The notes below the pieces were generated by a model. The model was not told the origin of the DNA. It did no database searches and worked only from the letters and a program-made list of their open reading frames with translations. The translations under genes were made by a program, and so were the position numbers. This document shows positions 46,809 to 60,194 of a DNA stretch of 64,000 nucleotides, in pieces; the stretch's first letter is position 1, and every line of letters starts with the position of its first letter. This stretch comes from Macrostomum lignano (taxonomy: Eukaryota): contig NIVC01000245.1 in assembly GCA_002269645.1 (NCBI GenBank), positions 124,001 to 188,000 on the forward strand, given 5' to 3'.

Positions 46809-47882
46809 CGAACGAATTTTGAAAGTCTAGCTGGTTATCTAACACAAATGGTCCAGGCAGTGTAGTTGAGTAGCTGCAAACCGATAAAAATCTAATTACG
46901 AGCGTATGTACGGTACTTTTATTTTATCATGACGTGCCATTTATAGGTAATGTCGAGCATTTAATGCTGGCATAAACAGATTTTTCGACGTTGTCTCAGT
47001 TTTGACGGTTTCGTCTTCTGCTAATATCTTATCCGAGTGGCCCTACCTTGAAAGCTAGTGCAGAAAAACTTTACTGGGCCGAGAGATCTTTTAACTTTTT
47101 TGCGCAACAAAAGCAGAAAAATATGTGACTGTCAGTTGGGCCCTAACCAGACAGCCGAAGTAGACAAACTGCTGACACTGCTGACATTCCAGCAGTAACT
47201 CCATCATCTGTCCGTTAGCGCCTCGGGTGGGGTATGTTTGCTCTCACATTCTTCACATTCTTATTTTACTGTTAGAGCAAGGATATTTTGCTCTCGAAGG
47301 CCTCAAAACGTGGGACCTAATTATGACCAATTTAACCAACTACAGTTGTACCGCGTATATGTAATTAGTTGATAAAGCAATCCAACTTGTTAGATTTTGA
47401 AAAACAAAAATAAATATTAATTTCGACATGTGCAGCGTTGATTGCTAAGTACACAGGGTTAAAATTGATCTAGCTAGCTATCTCATAAAATTATTAAGAA
47501 TGATCAAGATCAGTTCTACAATGTGCTTTATTAACATCAATATCCAACACAATCAAAAGGTCCGAAGTTGTTATTAGGTCATTGCATCAATATATTTATT
47601 AGTAACTAGCTAAAAACTGGTGTTAGTTTAAAGTCAACAACAAACGACACCAACAATGGGAAATCCATGCATCAGCAGATTGGAATGTACATGCTCCATA
47701 GAGAAAAGTGCTTTTAGTTTCGCACTAGACAGGTGAATCTAAAAAAAATAAAACTACTTAAAATTTAAAACACAGAGCTTCATTAAAACAAAATAGGAAA
47801 ATCGACATGTAAAACATTGATACACATAAGATAAGATACAGTTTTGATCGTTGTTAAAATTTGATTGATAAACTTGGCACAC

Positions 47883-50800
47883 AATTGCTACAGAACTGGT
47901 ACCTAATTTGTTACAGAACTGGTACCTAATTTGTTACAGAACTGGTACCTAATTTGTTACAGAACTGGTACCTAATTGCTACAGACCTGGTACCTAATTT
48001 GTTACAGAACTGGTACCTAATTTGTTACAGAACTGGTACCTAATTTGTTACAGAACTGGTACCTAATTTGTTACAGAACTGGTACCTAATTTGTTACAGA
48101 ACTGGTACCTAATTTGTTACAGAACTGGTACCTAATTTGTTACAGAACTGGTACCTAATTTGTTACAGAACTGGTACCTAATTTGTTACAGAACTGGTAC
48201 CTAATTTGTTACAGAACTGGTACCTAATTGCTACAGACCTGGTACCTAATTTGTTACAGAACTGGTACCTAATTTGTTACAGAACTGGTACCTAATTTGT
48301 TACAGAACTGGTACCTAATTTGTTACAGAACTGGTACCTAATTTGTTACAGAACTGGTACCTAATTGCTACAGACCTGGTACCTAATTGCTACAGAACTG
48401 GTACCTAATTTGTTACAGAACTGGTACCTAATTGCTACAGACCTGGTACCTAATTTGTTACAGAACTGGTACCTAATTTGTTACAGAACTGGTACCTAAT
48501 TTGTTACAGAACTGGTACCTAATTTGTTACAGAACTGGTACCTAATTTGTTACAGAACTGGTACCTAATTGCTACAGACCTGGTACCTAATTTGTTACAG
48601 AACTGGTACCTAATTTGTTACAGAACTGGTACCTAATTTGTTACAGAACTGGTACCTAATTGCTACAGACCTGGTACCTAATTGCTACAGACCTGGTACC
48701 TAATTTGTTACAGAACTGGTACCTAATTTGTTACAGAACTGGTACCTAATTGCTACAGACCTGGTACCTAATTTGTTACAGAACTGGTACCTAATTTGTT
48801 ACAGAACTGGTACCTAATTTGTTACAGAACTGGTACCTAATTGCTACAGACCTGGTACCTAATTGCTACAGACCTGGTACCTAATTTGTTACAGAACTGG
48901 TACCTAATTTGTTACAGAACTGGTACCTAATTGCTACAGACCTGGTACCTAATTGCTACAGACCTGGTACCTAATTTGTTACAGAACTGGTACCTAATTG
49001 CTACAGACCTGGTACCTAATTTGTTACAGAACTGGTACCTAATTGCTACAGACCTGGTACCTAATTTGTTACAGAACTGGTACCTAATTGCTACAGACCT
49101 GGTACCTAATTTGTTACAGAACTGGTACCTAATTGCTACAGACCTGGTACCTAATTGCTACAGAACTGGTACCTAATTTGTTACAGAACTGGTACCTAAT
49201 TTGTTACAGAACTGGTACCTAATTTGTTACAGAACTGGTACCTAATTGCTACAGACCTGGTACCTAATTTGTTACAGAACTGGTACCTAATTTGTTACAG
49301 AACTGGTACCTAATTGCTACAGACCTGGTACCTAATTTGTTACAGAACTGGTACCTAATTTGTTACAGAACTGGTACCTAATTTGTTACAGAACTGGTAC
49401 CTAATTTGTTACAGAACTGGTACCTAATTGCTACAGACCTGGTACCTAATTGCTACAGAACTGGTACCTAATTTGTTACAGAACTGGTACCTAATTGCTA
49501 CAGACCTGGTACCTAATTTGTTACAGAACTGGTACCTAATTTGTTACAGAACTGGTACCTAATTTGTTACAGAACTGGTACCTAATTTGTTACAGAACTG
49601 GTACCTAATTTGTTACAGAACTGGTACCTAATTGCTACAGACCTGGTACCTAATTTGTTACAGAACTGGTACCTAATTTGTTACAGAACTGGTACCTAAT
49701 TTGTTACAGAACTGGTACCTAATTGCTACAGACCTGGTACCTAATTGCTACAGACCTGGTACCTAATTTGTTACAGAACTGGTACCTAATTTGTTACAGA
49801 ACTGGTACCTAATTGCTACAGACCTGGTACCTAATTTGTTACAGAACTGGTACCTAATTTGTTACAGAACTGGTACCTAATTTGTTACAGAACTGGTACC
49901 TAATTGCTACAGACCTGGTACCTAATTGCTACAGACCTGGTACCTAATTTGTTACAGAACTGGTACCTAATTTGTTACAGAACTGGTACCTAATTGCTAC
50001 AGACCTGGTACCTAATTGCTACAGACCTGGTACCTAATTTGTTACAGAACTGGTACCTAATTGCTACAGACCTGGTACCTAATTTGTTACAGAACTGGTA
50101 CCTAATTGCTACAGACCTGGTACCTAATTTGTTACAGAACTGGTACCTAATTGCTACAGACCTGGTACCTAATTTGTTACAGAACTGGTACCTAATTGCT
50201 ACAGACCTGGTACCTAATTGCTACAGAACTGGTACCTAATTTGTTACAGAACTGGTACCTAATTTGTTACAGAACTGGTACCTAATTTGTTACAGAACTG
50301 GTACCTAATTGCTACAGACCTGGTACCTAATTTGTTACAGAACTGGTACCTAATTTGTTACAGAACTGGTACCTAATTGCTACAGACCTGGTACCTAATT
50401 TGTTACAGAACTGGTACCTAATTTGTTACAGAACTCGTACAGAACTGGTAATTTTCTACAGAACTGGTACATTAATTTGCTACAGAACTGGTACACAATT
50501 TGCTACAGATCTGGTACACAATTTGCTACAGATCTGGTACACAATTTGCTACAGATCTACACTACAGATGGTACACAATTTGCTACAGATCTGGTACACA
50601 ATTTGCTACAGATCTGGTACACAATTTGCTACAGATCTGGTACACAATTTGCTACAGATCTGGTACACAATTTGCTACAGATCTGGTACACAATTTGCTA
50701 CAGAACTGGTACATTATTTGCTACAGATCTGGTACACAATTTGCTACAGATCTGGTACACAATTTGCTACAGAACTGGTACATTATTTGCTACAGATCTG

Positions 50801-52195
50801 GTACACAATTTGCTACAGATCTGGTACACAATTTGCTACAGAACTGGTACATTATTTGCTACAGATCTGGTACACAATTTGCTACAGATCTGGTACACAA
50901 TTTGCTACAGAACTGGTACCTAATTGCTACAGACCTGGTACCTAATTTGTTACAGAACTGGTACCTAATTGCTACAGACCTGGTACCTAATTGCTACAGA
51001 ACTGGTACCTAATTTGTTACAGAACTGGTACCTAATTGCTACAGACCTGGTACCTAATTTGTTACAGAACTGGTACCTAATTTGTTACAGAACTGGTACC
51101 TAATTGCTACAGACCTGGTACCTAATTTGTTACAGAACTGGTACCTAATTTGTTACAGAACTCGTACGAACTGGTACATTATTTGCTTCAGAACCGGTAC
51201 ACGAGTTGCTACGGAACTGGTACATTATTTGCTACAGAACCGGTACATTTTTTGCTACAGAACCGGTACATTATTTGCTACAGAACCGGTACATAATTTG
51301 CTACAGAACTGGTACATTATTTGCTACAGAACTGGTACACAATTTGCTACAGATCTGGTACACAATTTGTTACAGATCTGGTACACAATTTGCTACAGAA
51401 CTGGTACATTATTTGCTACAGATCTGGTACACAATTTGCTACAGATCTGGTACACAATTTGCTTCAGATCTGGTACACAATTTGCTACAGATCTGGTACA
51501 CAATTTGTTACAGATCTGGTACACAATTTGCTACAGATCTGGTACACAATTTGCTACAGATCTGGTACACAATTTGCTACAGATCTGGTACACAATTTGT
51601 TACAGATCTGGTACACAATTTGCTACAGAACTGGTACATTATTTGCTACAGATCTGGTACACAATTTGCTACAGATCTGGTACACAATTTGCTACAGATC
51701 TGGTACACAATTTGCTACAGATCTGGTACACAATTTGTTACAGATCTGGTACACAATTTGCTACAGAACTGGTACATTATTTGCTACAGATCTGGTACAC
51801 AATTTGCTACAGATCTGGTACACAATTTGCTACAGAACTGGTACATTATTTGCTACAGATCTGGTACACAATTTGCTACAGATCTGGTACACAATTTGCT
51901 ACAGAACTGGTACATTATTTGCTACAGATCTGGTACACAATTTGCTACAGATCTGGTACACAATTTGCTACAGATCTGGTACACAATTTGCTACAGAACT
52001 GGTACATTATTTGCTACAGATCTGGTACACAATTTGCTACAGAACTAGTACACAATTTGCTACAGAACCGGTACACAATTTGCTACAGAACTGGTACACA
52101 ATTTGTTACAGAACTGGTACACAATTTGTTACAGAACTGGTACACAATTTGCTACAGAACTGGTACATAATTTAATTTCTACAGATCTGGTACAT
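47883..52195. repeat. 4.3-kb 22/23-bp minisatellite with two subfamilies (ctaatttgttacagaactggtac; acaatttgctacagatctggtac)
   Basis: Read directly. Identical 81-aa pseudo-ORFs 1063 bp apart (48931, 49994) show higher-order duplication. Confidence 0.98.
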
Positions 52196-52525
52196 AATTT
52201 GCTACACAACTCGGTAAATAATTTGATACAAAATTTGGTAAGGAATTTGGTGCCGAAAATCGGCTCATTTTGCAAATTTCATCCCATAATCTGACAGAAA
52301 CACATTATGATACGAAAAACAAACGTAAACAAACGGACACAGCACTGAGTTAAGTGGACCTTCTCATGGCCCTGAACACAGTGCTAAACTCGGGAATAGA
52401 TTTAAATTTAAAACACGAATAAGGTTAAAATTTATCGGATCAAAGCAGAATAATATTTCTAGAAATACTACAAGTATTTAAAAACCCTTGGGGCGCAACA
52501 CCCCAAGGGTCTCCAATATTTTGTG

Positions 52526-52740
52526 TCTTGGTGGGCGTCCCTGTCTCTTGGTGGGCGTCCCTGTCTCTTGGTGGGCGTCCCTGTCTCTTGGTGGGCGTCC
52601 CTGTCTCTTGGTGAGCGTCCCTGTCTCTTGGTGGGCGTCCCTGTCTCTTGGTGGGCGTCCCTGTCTCTTGGTGGGCGTCCCTGTCTCTTGGTGAGCGTCC
52701 CTGTCTCTTGGTGGGCGTCCCTGTCTTGTTGTGGGCGTCA
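52526..52740. repeat. 20-bp minisatellite (gtgggcgtccctgtctcttg), 11 copies
   Basis: Read directly. Nine copies have GTGGGCG and two have GTGAGCG. Confidence 0.96.
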
Positions 52741-53211
52741 ACCCCTGTCATTTGTCGAAGAGATCTACGTGGTAGATTAAAAAGAAGCGCGAAAACAATC
52801 AGTCGGTCAAGATGATAGCAAGAGGGTCTAAAGGTAGATATTGAACCTAAAAGTACTGCAAAGCTTATACAGATGTACACTTACGCTCGCATATCGATAA
52901 CAAGAGGATTTACAGTTAAGTGTTGACTCGTCTGGCTCTTAAGCCAGGGTGCTCCTGTCAAAGAGCCTCAACGAGTGTCATAACATAAACATAACTGGAA
53001 AGTACGAGCTATGATGACCCAAAGGCTCTAAGCCATTGACTTGACACCAAGAATTAACAATACAGAGCCTAGAAAACAGTGCAAGACGTTTGACCCAGGA
53101 GTACTACTAAAATGATATAGTCAAGATGAAGAAAATATTTAAAAAATCAATTTGCCATTGTAATTTTCCCGTAACCGAACGTTTGACTCCCACACAGCGG
53201 CAGATCGCACG

Positions 53212-54131
53212 TCAACCAGAACTTGGGTCGCTCTCTCGCTTTGGTTCTCTCAGTTTCCTATTGGCGTCGCGTAGGTGGCTCTTCTCGTGCCGGTTGCGCT
53301 CGTCCGATCTGGCAAATTTCCGGTCGCAGAATCGGCACCGGTAGGGCCGCTCCCCAGTGTGAGTTCGTTCGTGCGTTCTCCGATGGTCGCTCCGGGTGAA
53401 GGCCTTCTGGCACATCCGGCAGGCGAACGGACGGCAGCCAGTGTGCGTGCGGATGTGGCGGGTCAACTCGTCAGATCGGGTGAAGGTCTTGGAGCAGGGG
53501 GCCATCGAGCAGACGTAGGTGCGCGGTCGGGAGGGTCCGGCTTGGTTACAGGTGTTGGGAAGGTGCTGCTGATGCTGACATTGTTGATGCTGATGCTGAC
53601 GTTGTTGATGCTGATGCTGACGCTGTTGCGGTTGCTGATGTTGTTGTTGCTGATGTAGATTAACAACGGACCAGTTAACACTGGGGAACATTTTGGGTTG
53701 GTATATTTTTAAAAATCTATGCTGCGTTATTGATTTTTTTCATTAAAAATGTTTATGATTGTGAGGATGTTACTTTTCGACAGCCTATTTTTAGAATTGG
53801 TATTTTTGTGGAAGCGAACCATGCAGGGGTCAAGAATTGCAATAAAATGAAACATTGAATTCAGTAGCTCCAAACTTTGCGCTATCGAACCTCTCCATAA
53901 CCGGCTGTTGCATCTGCTGGTAGTGATATTGATGCTGCAGTTCGTGCGGCACCTGTAGCTGCTGCGGCACTGTCGCCTGCTGATATACTTGGTGATGCTG
54001 CTGCTGCTGCTGCTCCGAGGGCAGCACAGGAAGAAACGACAAATTCTGTACCGTCTCAGCATTGCCGTGACTTTCGACGCCGGTCCCAGAGGAGCTGAGC
54101 ACCGCGGACTGGACACGGAATGGCTGCTCAC
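53212..54131 (-). CDS. egr: EGR/Krox-family C2H2 zinc-finger transcription factor (finger exon 53680-53212; Q-rich exon from 54131; further 5' exons likely up to ~54480)
   Basis: Three fingers with helices [16 protein letters not shown] and RSDERNRH, matching EGR1 RSDELTR/RSDHLTT/RSDERKR. A 41-nt GT-AG intron lies at 54172-54132. The donor ending the Q-rich exon is uncertain. Confidence 0.88.
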
Positions 54132-54862
54132 CTGTAGTATAGAAAGATTATTTGTGCAGCAACTATACTTACAGTAGAAGAACAAGCTAATGTGCTGTAA
54201 AAACTGAAATAATATTCAAGCGTTAAAGCAGAGTCGCACACGATCGCTCGCCCCCGCTGGCAGCTACTGCCTTGCCCGCATGCTAATTTTCTTGTTGTTT
54301 TTGCAGCCTACCTTCTTTGGAAATGGAGTAAATATCCTGCGGGATACCGGATGCAGGGCCCGGGGGATCGGGTAATGCGATACCGAGCTGCCTACTAGCT
54401 GGCTTCGACAGTTTCTGGGGATTTTTCTCAAACGAATTTATGCAATAGAACCCGAGAAAAAATGAAGGATGAAAATGCATTTAAGTCAATGGTTTATTCG
54501 AAACACTTCATTCACTCACTCGCACATCCACTCACCCACTCACTCACTCAGTGAGAGCAGATCAAGTTTTCTATTTTGTGCCCGAGCGTCCCAAGCACGC
54601 GGATCACCATATTAGGCATAAATGAATAATTGGTGACTTTGGTGAATTGGTAAACTGAAAGGCTGATGAAAAGAAAATTCGTTTCTAAGCCTCTTTGTTG
54701 TTAATCAATCGTCCCCAGTGCACATGGGGCCACAAAGAGCTTTGGAGGTTGGTGCAGTAACAATTACTAATTCTTTCCCAAAAAGAGCTTCTAAGCAAAA
54801 GTTGATCCGAAATTGAATTTGCAGGAAAATGCAGGTGGTTTCTTGGTCTAACACACGACTCC

Positions 54863-55937
54863 TCCGTGTTTATAGGTGACTCCTCCATGTCTATAGATGA
54901 CTCCTCCGTGTCTATAGATGACTCCTCCGTGTCTATAGGTGACTCCTCCGTGTCTATAGGTGACTCCTCCATGTCTATAGATGACTCCTCCGTGTCTATA
55001 GATGACTCCTCCGTGTCTATAAGTGACTCCTCCGTGTCTAACAGGTGACTCCTCTGTGTCTATAGGTGACTTCTCCGTGTCTATAGATGACTCCTCCGTG
55101 CCTAACAGGTGACTCCTCCGTGTCTAACAGGTGACTCCTCCGTGTCTAAAGGTGACTCCTCCGTGTCTATAGGTGACTCCTCCATGTCTATAGATGACTC
55201 CTCCGTGTCTATAGATGACTCCTCCGTGTCTATAGGTGACTCCTCCGTGACTAACAGGTGACTCCTCCGTGTCTAACAGGTGACTCCTCCGTGTCTAACA
55301 GGTGACTCCTCCGTGTCTAACAGGTGACTCCTCCGTGTTTAACAGGTGACTCCTCCGTGTCTAAAGGTGACTCCTCCGTGCCTAACAGGTGACTCCTCCG
55401 TGTCTAACAGGTGACTCCTCCGTGTCTATAGGTGACTCCTCTGTGTCTATAGATGACTCCTCTGTGTCTAACAGGTGACTCCTCCGTGTCTATAGGTGAC
55501 TCCTCCGTGTCTATAGGTGACTCCTCCATGTCTATAGATGACTCCTCCGTGTCTATAGATGACTCCTCTGTGTCTAAAAGGTGACTCCTCCGTGTCTAAC
55601 AGGTGACTCCTCCGTGTCTGAAGGTGACTCCTCCGTGCCTAACAGGTGACTCCTCCGTGTCTAACAGGTGACTCCTCCGTGTCTAACAGGTGACTCCTCC
55701 GTGTCTAACAGGTGACTTCTCCGTGTCTATAGATGACTCCTCCGTGCCTAACAGGTGACTCCTCCGTGTCTAACAGGTGACTCCTCCGTGTCTAACAGGT
55801 GACTCCTCCGTGTCTAACAGGTGACTTCTCCGTGTCTATAGATGACTCCTCCGTGCCTAACAGGTGACTCCTCCGTGTCTAACAGGTGACTCCTCCGTGT
55901 CTAACAGGTGACTCCTCCGTGTCTAACAGGTGACTCA
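54863..55937. repeat. 21-22-bp minisatellite (gactcctccgtgtctaacaggt)
   Basis: Read directly, with ccgtg/ccatg/ctgtg variants. Confidence 0.97.
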
Positions 55938-55949
55938 TCTATCGGCATG

Positions 55950-58440
55950 CAATGGTGATCTCAGCACGCCTGTGTAGTATGAGACATACCAGGCTTACGA
56001 GCGATCCTACCCTCTATTCTGGTGCAGGGATGACAGGAGAACTCTTCAAGCTGACTCACAAGCCGACCTAGCTGGGTTCACGCCCCGCATGTGTTCAAAG
56101 GAAACTCTAGGCCTGCTGGACTGACCGAGCTCCGGCAGCGGCAACCCATCCATGGCATTGGCTTCTGTCTTGCTCGCTTTGGGTACGAGCTCTGCCAGGC
56201 AGTGAACCTGTGCACCTGTGAACCTCTGACCACGGCTCTGAGGAACAGGGATCACTATCTGACCTCAGCTCGACTGGGGTATGGAGCTGGAAAACCTGTT
56301 TATCTACAGGGAGGACGAGCGACCCCGGACACACCGGCACCGTGCCTGGATTCCGGCTCGCAGTTCCATCACCAAAGCCCACGAGCTGCGTCGCCGGCTA
56401 GTGGCTACCAATCCGGAGCTGCCGGCCAGTGGCGTCGTAGTTGACGAGACCATCTCCAAGCCGGGTGGAGACGGTTTCACGGCAATCCTCGGACTCTCCT
56501 CGGAGTTGTCAACGCCCACCACACCCACTGGGGCAGTAATACCTCCAACAGCAGAGGCTAGGAACTCCTTGCTTACATCTGCACCGCCAATACTGAGTTT
56601 TGCAACATTGGTGGAACTCCCACCTTTGACAACGGGGCCCTCGACGTAACCCTCGTCTCCCATGGTTTGGCTCCTCTGGTCAAGGACTGGGAGGTGTGGG
56701 ACGAAGAGGAGTCTCTGTCGGACCATCGCTTCGTTCGTTTTCGGTTGCATTCCTCTTGCCCCAAACCAAACATCCTGTGGAAAAGGAACTTCCGGAACAC
56801 TGACTGGACGGCTTTCGTGGAAACCCTGAAATGCCAGACAGATAATCCGCCCCTTGTGGCACCCATTAGATCCCTACGGTGCAGGGCAAAGTGCCTCTAA
56901 CGGAAAGCTCGCAAGAGCAAGGACCCAGCTGATGTGGTCGCTTATCAGGACGCGATTTGCGACTTTAAGCGTGAAACCAGGAAAGCCAAGTCCGACAAAT
57001 GGCGCCAATACTGCGCGGAGTTAGAAGGCACCCGCCCTACTTCACGCGTGGTAAAGGCTCTGACCCTCGACAAAATATCAAAGCTCTCAGTCATTAAAAG
57101 ACCGGACGGCCGGCTCGCTGAGAACCCCGGGGAATCGCTGGACATCATGCTCACCAGCTCTTTCCCCCGTGCCGCACCGCACGAAGCCACAGATCCTGGC
57201 TTCGACCATCATTACCAGAGAGGACGGCGCCGCAAAATCCTTTTCTCCCTTCCAGTCACCGTGACCTAAGAACATTTATCCTGCCTTCCTTTATGAGGCA
57301 GTTAAAAATGACAGGTTTCTTGGTCTCCTCTGCAACCTCTTCAAGACCAGCATTATTCTCGAGTACGTGCCAAAAGCCTGGCAAGAGGCCACGGTGGTCT
57401 TCATACCCAATCCAGGCAAGGGAGACTATCATTCTGTCAAAGCTTACCGCCCAATCAGTCTGACGTCTTTCTTCCTCAAACTGATGGAACGGCTGGTGCT
57501 CTGGCGTCTCCTCTTCGTGGAGTTAAGGAACTCCCCGCTCTCCCCCAATCAGCACGCCTTTCGTCCTGCACGCCATTGTCGACAAGCTGGAGCGCGCCGT
57601 GCTTGGCAGTGGATACGCGCTCTCGCTTTTCCTCGACATTGATGGTGCTTTCAGTAATGTGCTCTTTGAAGCCTTTAGGCGGGCCCTGGAATCCCGGGGC
57701 ACGCACGAGCACCTTATCCGCTGGATTATGTACATGGTCACCCATCGTACAGCCAACTCGCACCGTCTGGGACACTCCCGCTCCGTCGAGGTGCAGAAGG
57801 GCGGACCGCAAAGTGGAGTCCTCAGCCCGATTCTCTGGAACTTGGTCATGGACGAGCTGCTTTGCAGCCCGCATCCGGACCCGGTTTAAAAGGTCGGCTA
57901 TGTGGACGATGTTACTGCCACTTTGGCTGGACCATCACCCGCGGTCCTCAGAGACCTCCTCCAAGCCTTCATCCACCGTGCCGAGCGCTGGGCACACAGC
58001 TGCGTTCTCAGGTTCTCTGAGTCTAAAACCGTGGCTATCATTTTCACCAGCCGCCGAAACTGAGGAATCGAACCGCTCTCCCTCTATTGCAACTCCGTTG
58101 CCTCAAAATGCCCCTTCTGCCTCTCTGGTGTCGAGAACGCGGAGCACTTTATCTGTGAATGCCTCGTCTTTACTCAGGACAGGCTCATCTACCTCGGCCC
58201 AAACCCGGACCTCTCCGACGTCTTCAGGCCCGAGAATCTCTGCCAGCTCGTCCGCTACCTAAGGGCTACCGGGCGAGCGACAGTCCACCTCCTGGACTCT
58301 CCGGAGGGGGGGGGCGCTGCGAGCACCGGCACCACCGGATCTCCCTGCGCGACACCGAAGCAATAGCTGCCCGTGGTCGCCAGGGGTTAACGAAATGAGC
58401 GGCAACGCCTTCTGCAGCTGAGTCAAGTATGTCAAGTAAG
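55950..58440 (+). pseudogene. Decayed R1/LOA-like non-LTR retrotransposon (APE, RT, C-terminal zinc knuckle)
   Basis: APE end: GGTPTFD...LDVTL...WEVWDEEESLSDHRFVRF. RT: PKAWQEATVVFIP.PGK...YRPISLTSFFLKLMERLV, FLDIDGAFSNV, KGGPQSGVLSPILWNLVMDELL and YVDD. CPFC...NAEHFICEC and a tcaag-repeat tail. Many frameshifts and stops. Confidence 0.9.
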
Positions 58441-59398
58441 ACTTATTTATCGAGAAAATGGCTCTCGTTTAACAAATGATTAATATGTCTAACACCGCTC
58501 TCCATTTCGAACAGCCAGAAGCACATGACTTACCGTGAGGTGGCTGAAATTGCAGCTGCTGAACAGTAGGGTCGCACACGGGCGGACTGTGAGACTGAAC
58601 AGGTGTTCTCAGACCGCTTTCGTTGCTGTCGGCAATTGGCAATGGCGCGGCGCCTGCAGAGTCACCCGCCCTTGTAGCTGATCCCAGTTGCAAATCAAAG
58701 TTGGCCTCATTCTGAAAGTTTACCGGGGAGCGTTTAAATTTAGTTAGATATTCGTATAGGTTATCCTGTTAGTAACTGATCTGTTCACACTCATCTAGTT
58801 CTTGTAAGAACTCTCTTCACAACTACAATATCTAGTTTTCTTGATTCACGGGAATTTAACTGGGGCATATTCACTCGCATCTCTCATCCACCGCACCTCC
58901 TCCTGTGCTTGCTGAAAAACCGCCTCAGAATCTCTTAGCGACTGTCGTGTTACCTCCTCGATCTGTTCCGTACTCAGGCTGAAAGCAGAAGACTGCCCCA
59001 GTTGCTGTTGTCCCGACTTATCCCGGTCCATTCTTGCAGAAGTTGCAAATGCTGTAGTGAAGCTAGGCGTAATCGCGCTGGGTTTGAGAAATCCTGATAT
59101 TCTCCTTTTAAGCTGAAGAAACCCATTTGGATGCCGCTTTTTCTGCTTTGCAGGAGCAGACTACACGAAGATTCTTTGTGATTGGGCAAAAAATATTTAC
59201 TCATAATTGCAATTTTCCAGAAAATTTTTCTCACTTTGCTTTTACTGAGTCAGGAATAAATGTTTATTTTTCAAGACTGAAAAAATGGTGAATCTGATTT
59301 GGGGATAACTCTCGGTGTAATTTAGGGATAACTCTAGGAAAGATATAGAGTCTATTAGATTCGTGATATGGTTAGGTTGATTCTTGGTGGACCTTGAA

Positions 59399-60190
59399 GG
59401 TGGGGGGTCTTTCTCGAAACTCACGTAACTTCTATGGTAAGTTAGATCGTAAGAAAGAAATTTACGTGTAGCGTAAGTTTGCTCGTAAGACGCTTTCTCA
59501 AAACTCACTTAGACTTTGCGTGGCTTACGCTGTTCGTAAGTCGTATCTGAAACGAAAAGTTGCCTGTCTATGGTCATAAATCTGCAAATATCTTTACTTA
59601 GTCTATCGTAAGTTGCTTTCGAGAAAAACCCCCCAGTGTTGCTGAAAAGATGTAGACCAGGGGGGTCTTTCTCGAAAGCAACTTACAATCCACCATAGAC
59701 ATAAGTTGGGTAAGCTACACTTACGGGTTGCTCGAAGGGCTCGCAAGTTAGCTATGCGTAAGATTGATCGCAACTTTACGAGTTCGTAACTTTGCGCAAA
59801 AGACTGTTTTTCGAAACGTTCGTATGTCTATGGTCTTTCGTAAGGTTGATCTTAACCCTACGACTGCTCGGTATCAGTCGTAAGACGCACTTAAGCACTA
59901 ATCGCATAGTGCGTGAAGCTTTAGTCAAGCCAAGTCAAGTTAAACTTTATCGAAGGTGGGTCTTTCTCGAAAGCAACTTACGATAGACTAAGTAAAGATA
60001 TTTGCAGATTTATGATCATAGACAGGCAACTTTTCGTTTCAGATACGACTTACGAACAGCGTAAGCCACGCGAAGTCTAAGTGAGTTTTGAGAAAGCGTC
60101 TTACGAGCAAACTTACGCTACACGTAAATTTCTTTCTTACGATCTAACTTACCATAGAACTTATGTGAGTTTCGAGAAAGACCCCCCACC
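59399..60190. mobile_element. Inverted MITE dimer (two 235-bp units 59399-59634 and 59956-60190 around a third partial unit), Harbinger-like termini
   Basis: Each unit starts ggggggtctttctcgaaa and ends tttcgagaaa.acccccc. The two units are near-perfect reverse complements. Confidence 0.82.
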
Positions 60191-60194
60191 AGAT

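Noticed and set aside
47883-52195. CRISPR-like array or repeat protein
   Set aside because: The repeats are contiguous with no unique spacers, no cas genes are present and the context is eukaryotic.
3984-54131. Conserved functional cluster of Cdx, VPS26, OT/VP and egr
   Set aside because: No shared regulatory structure is visible and I cannot support ancient synteny from sequence alone; it would need cross-species synteny analysis.
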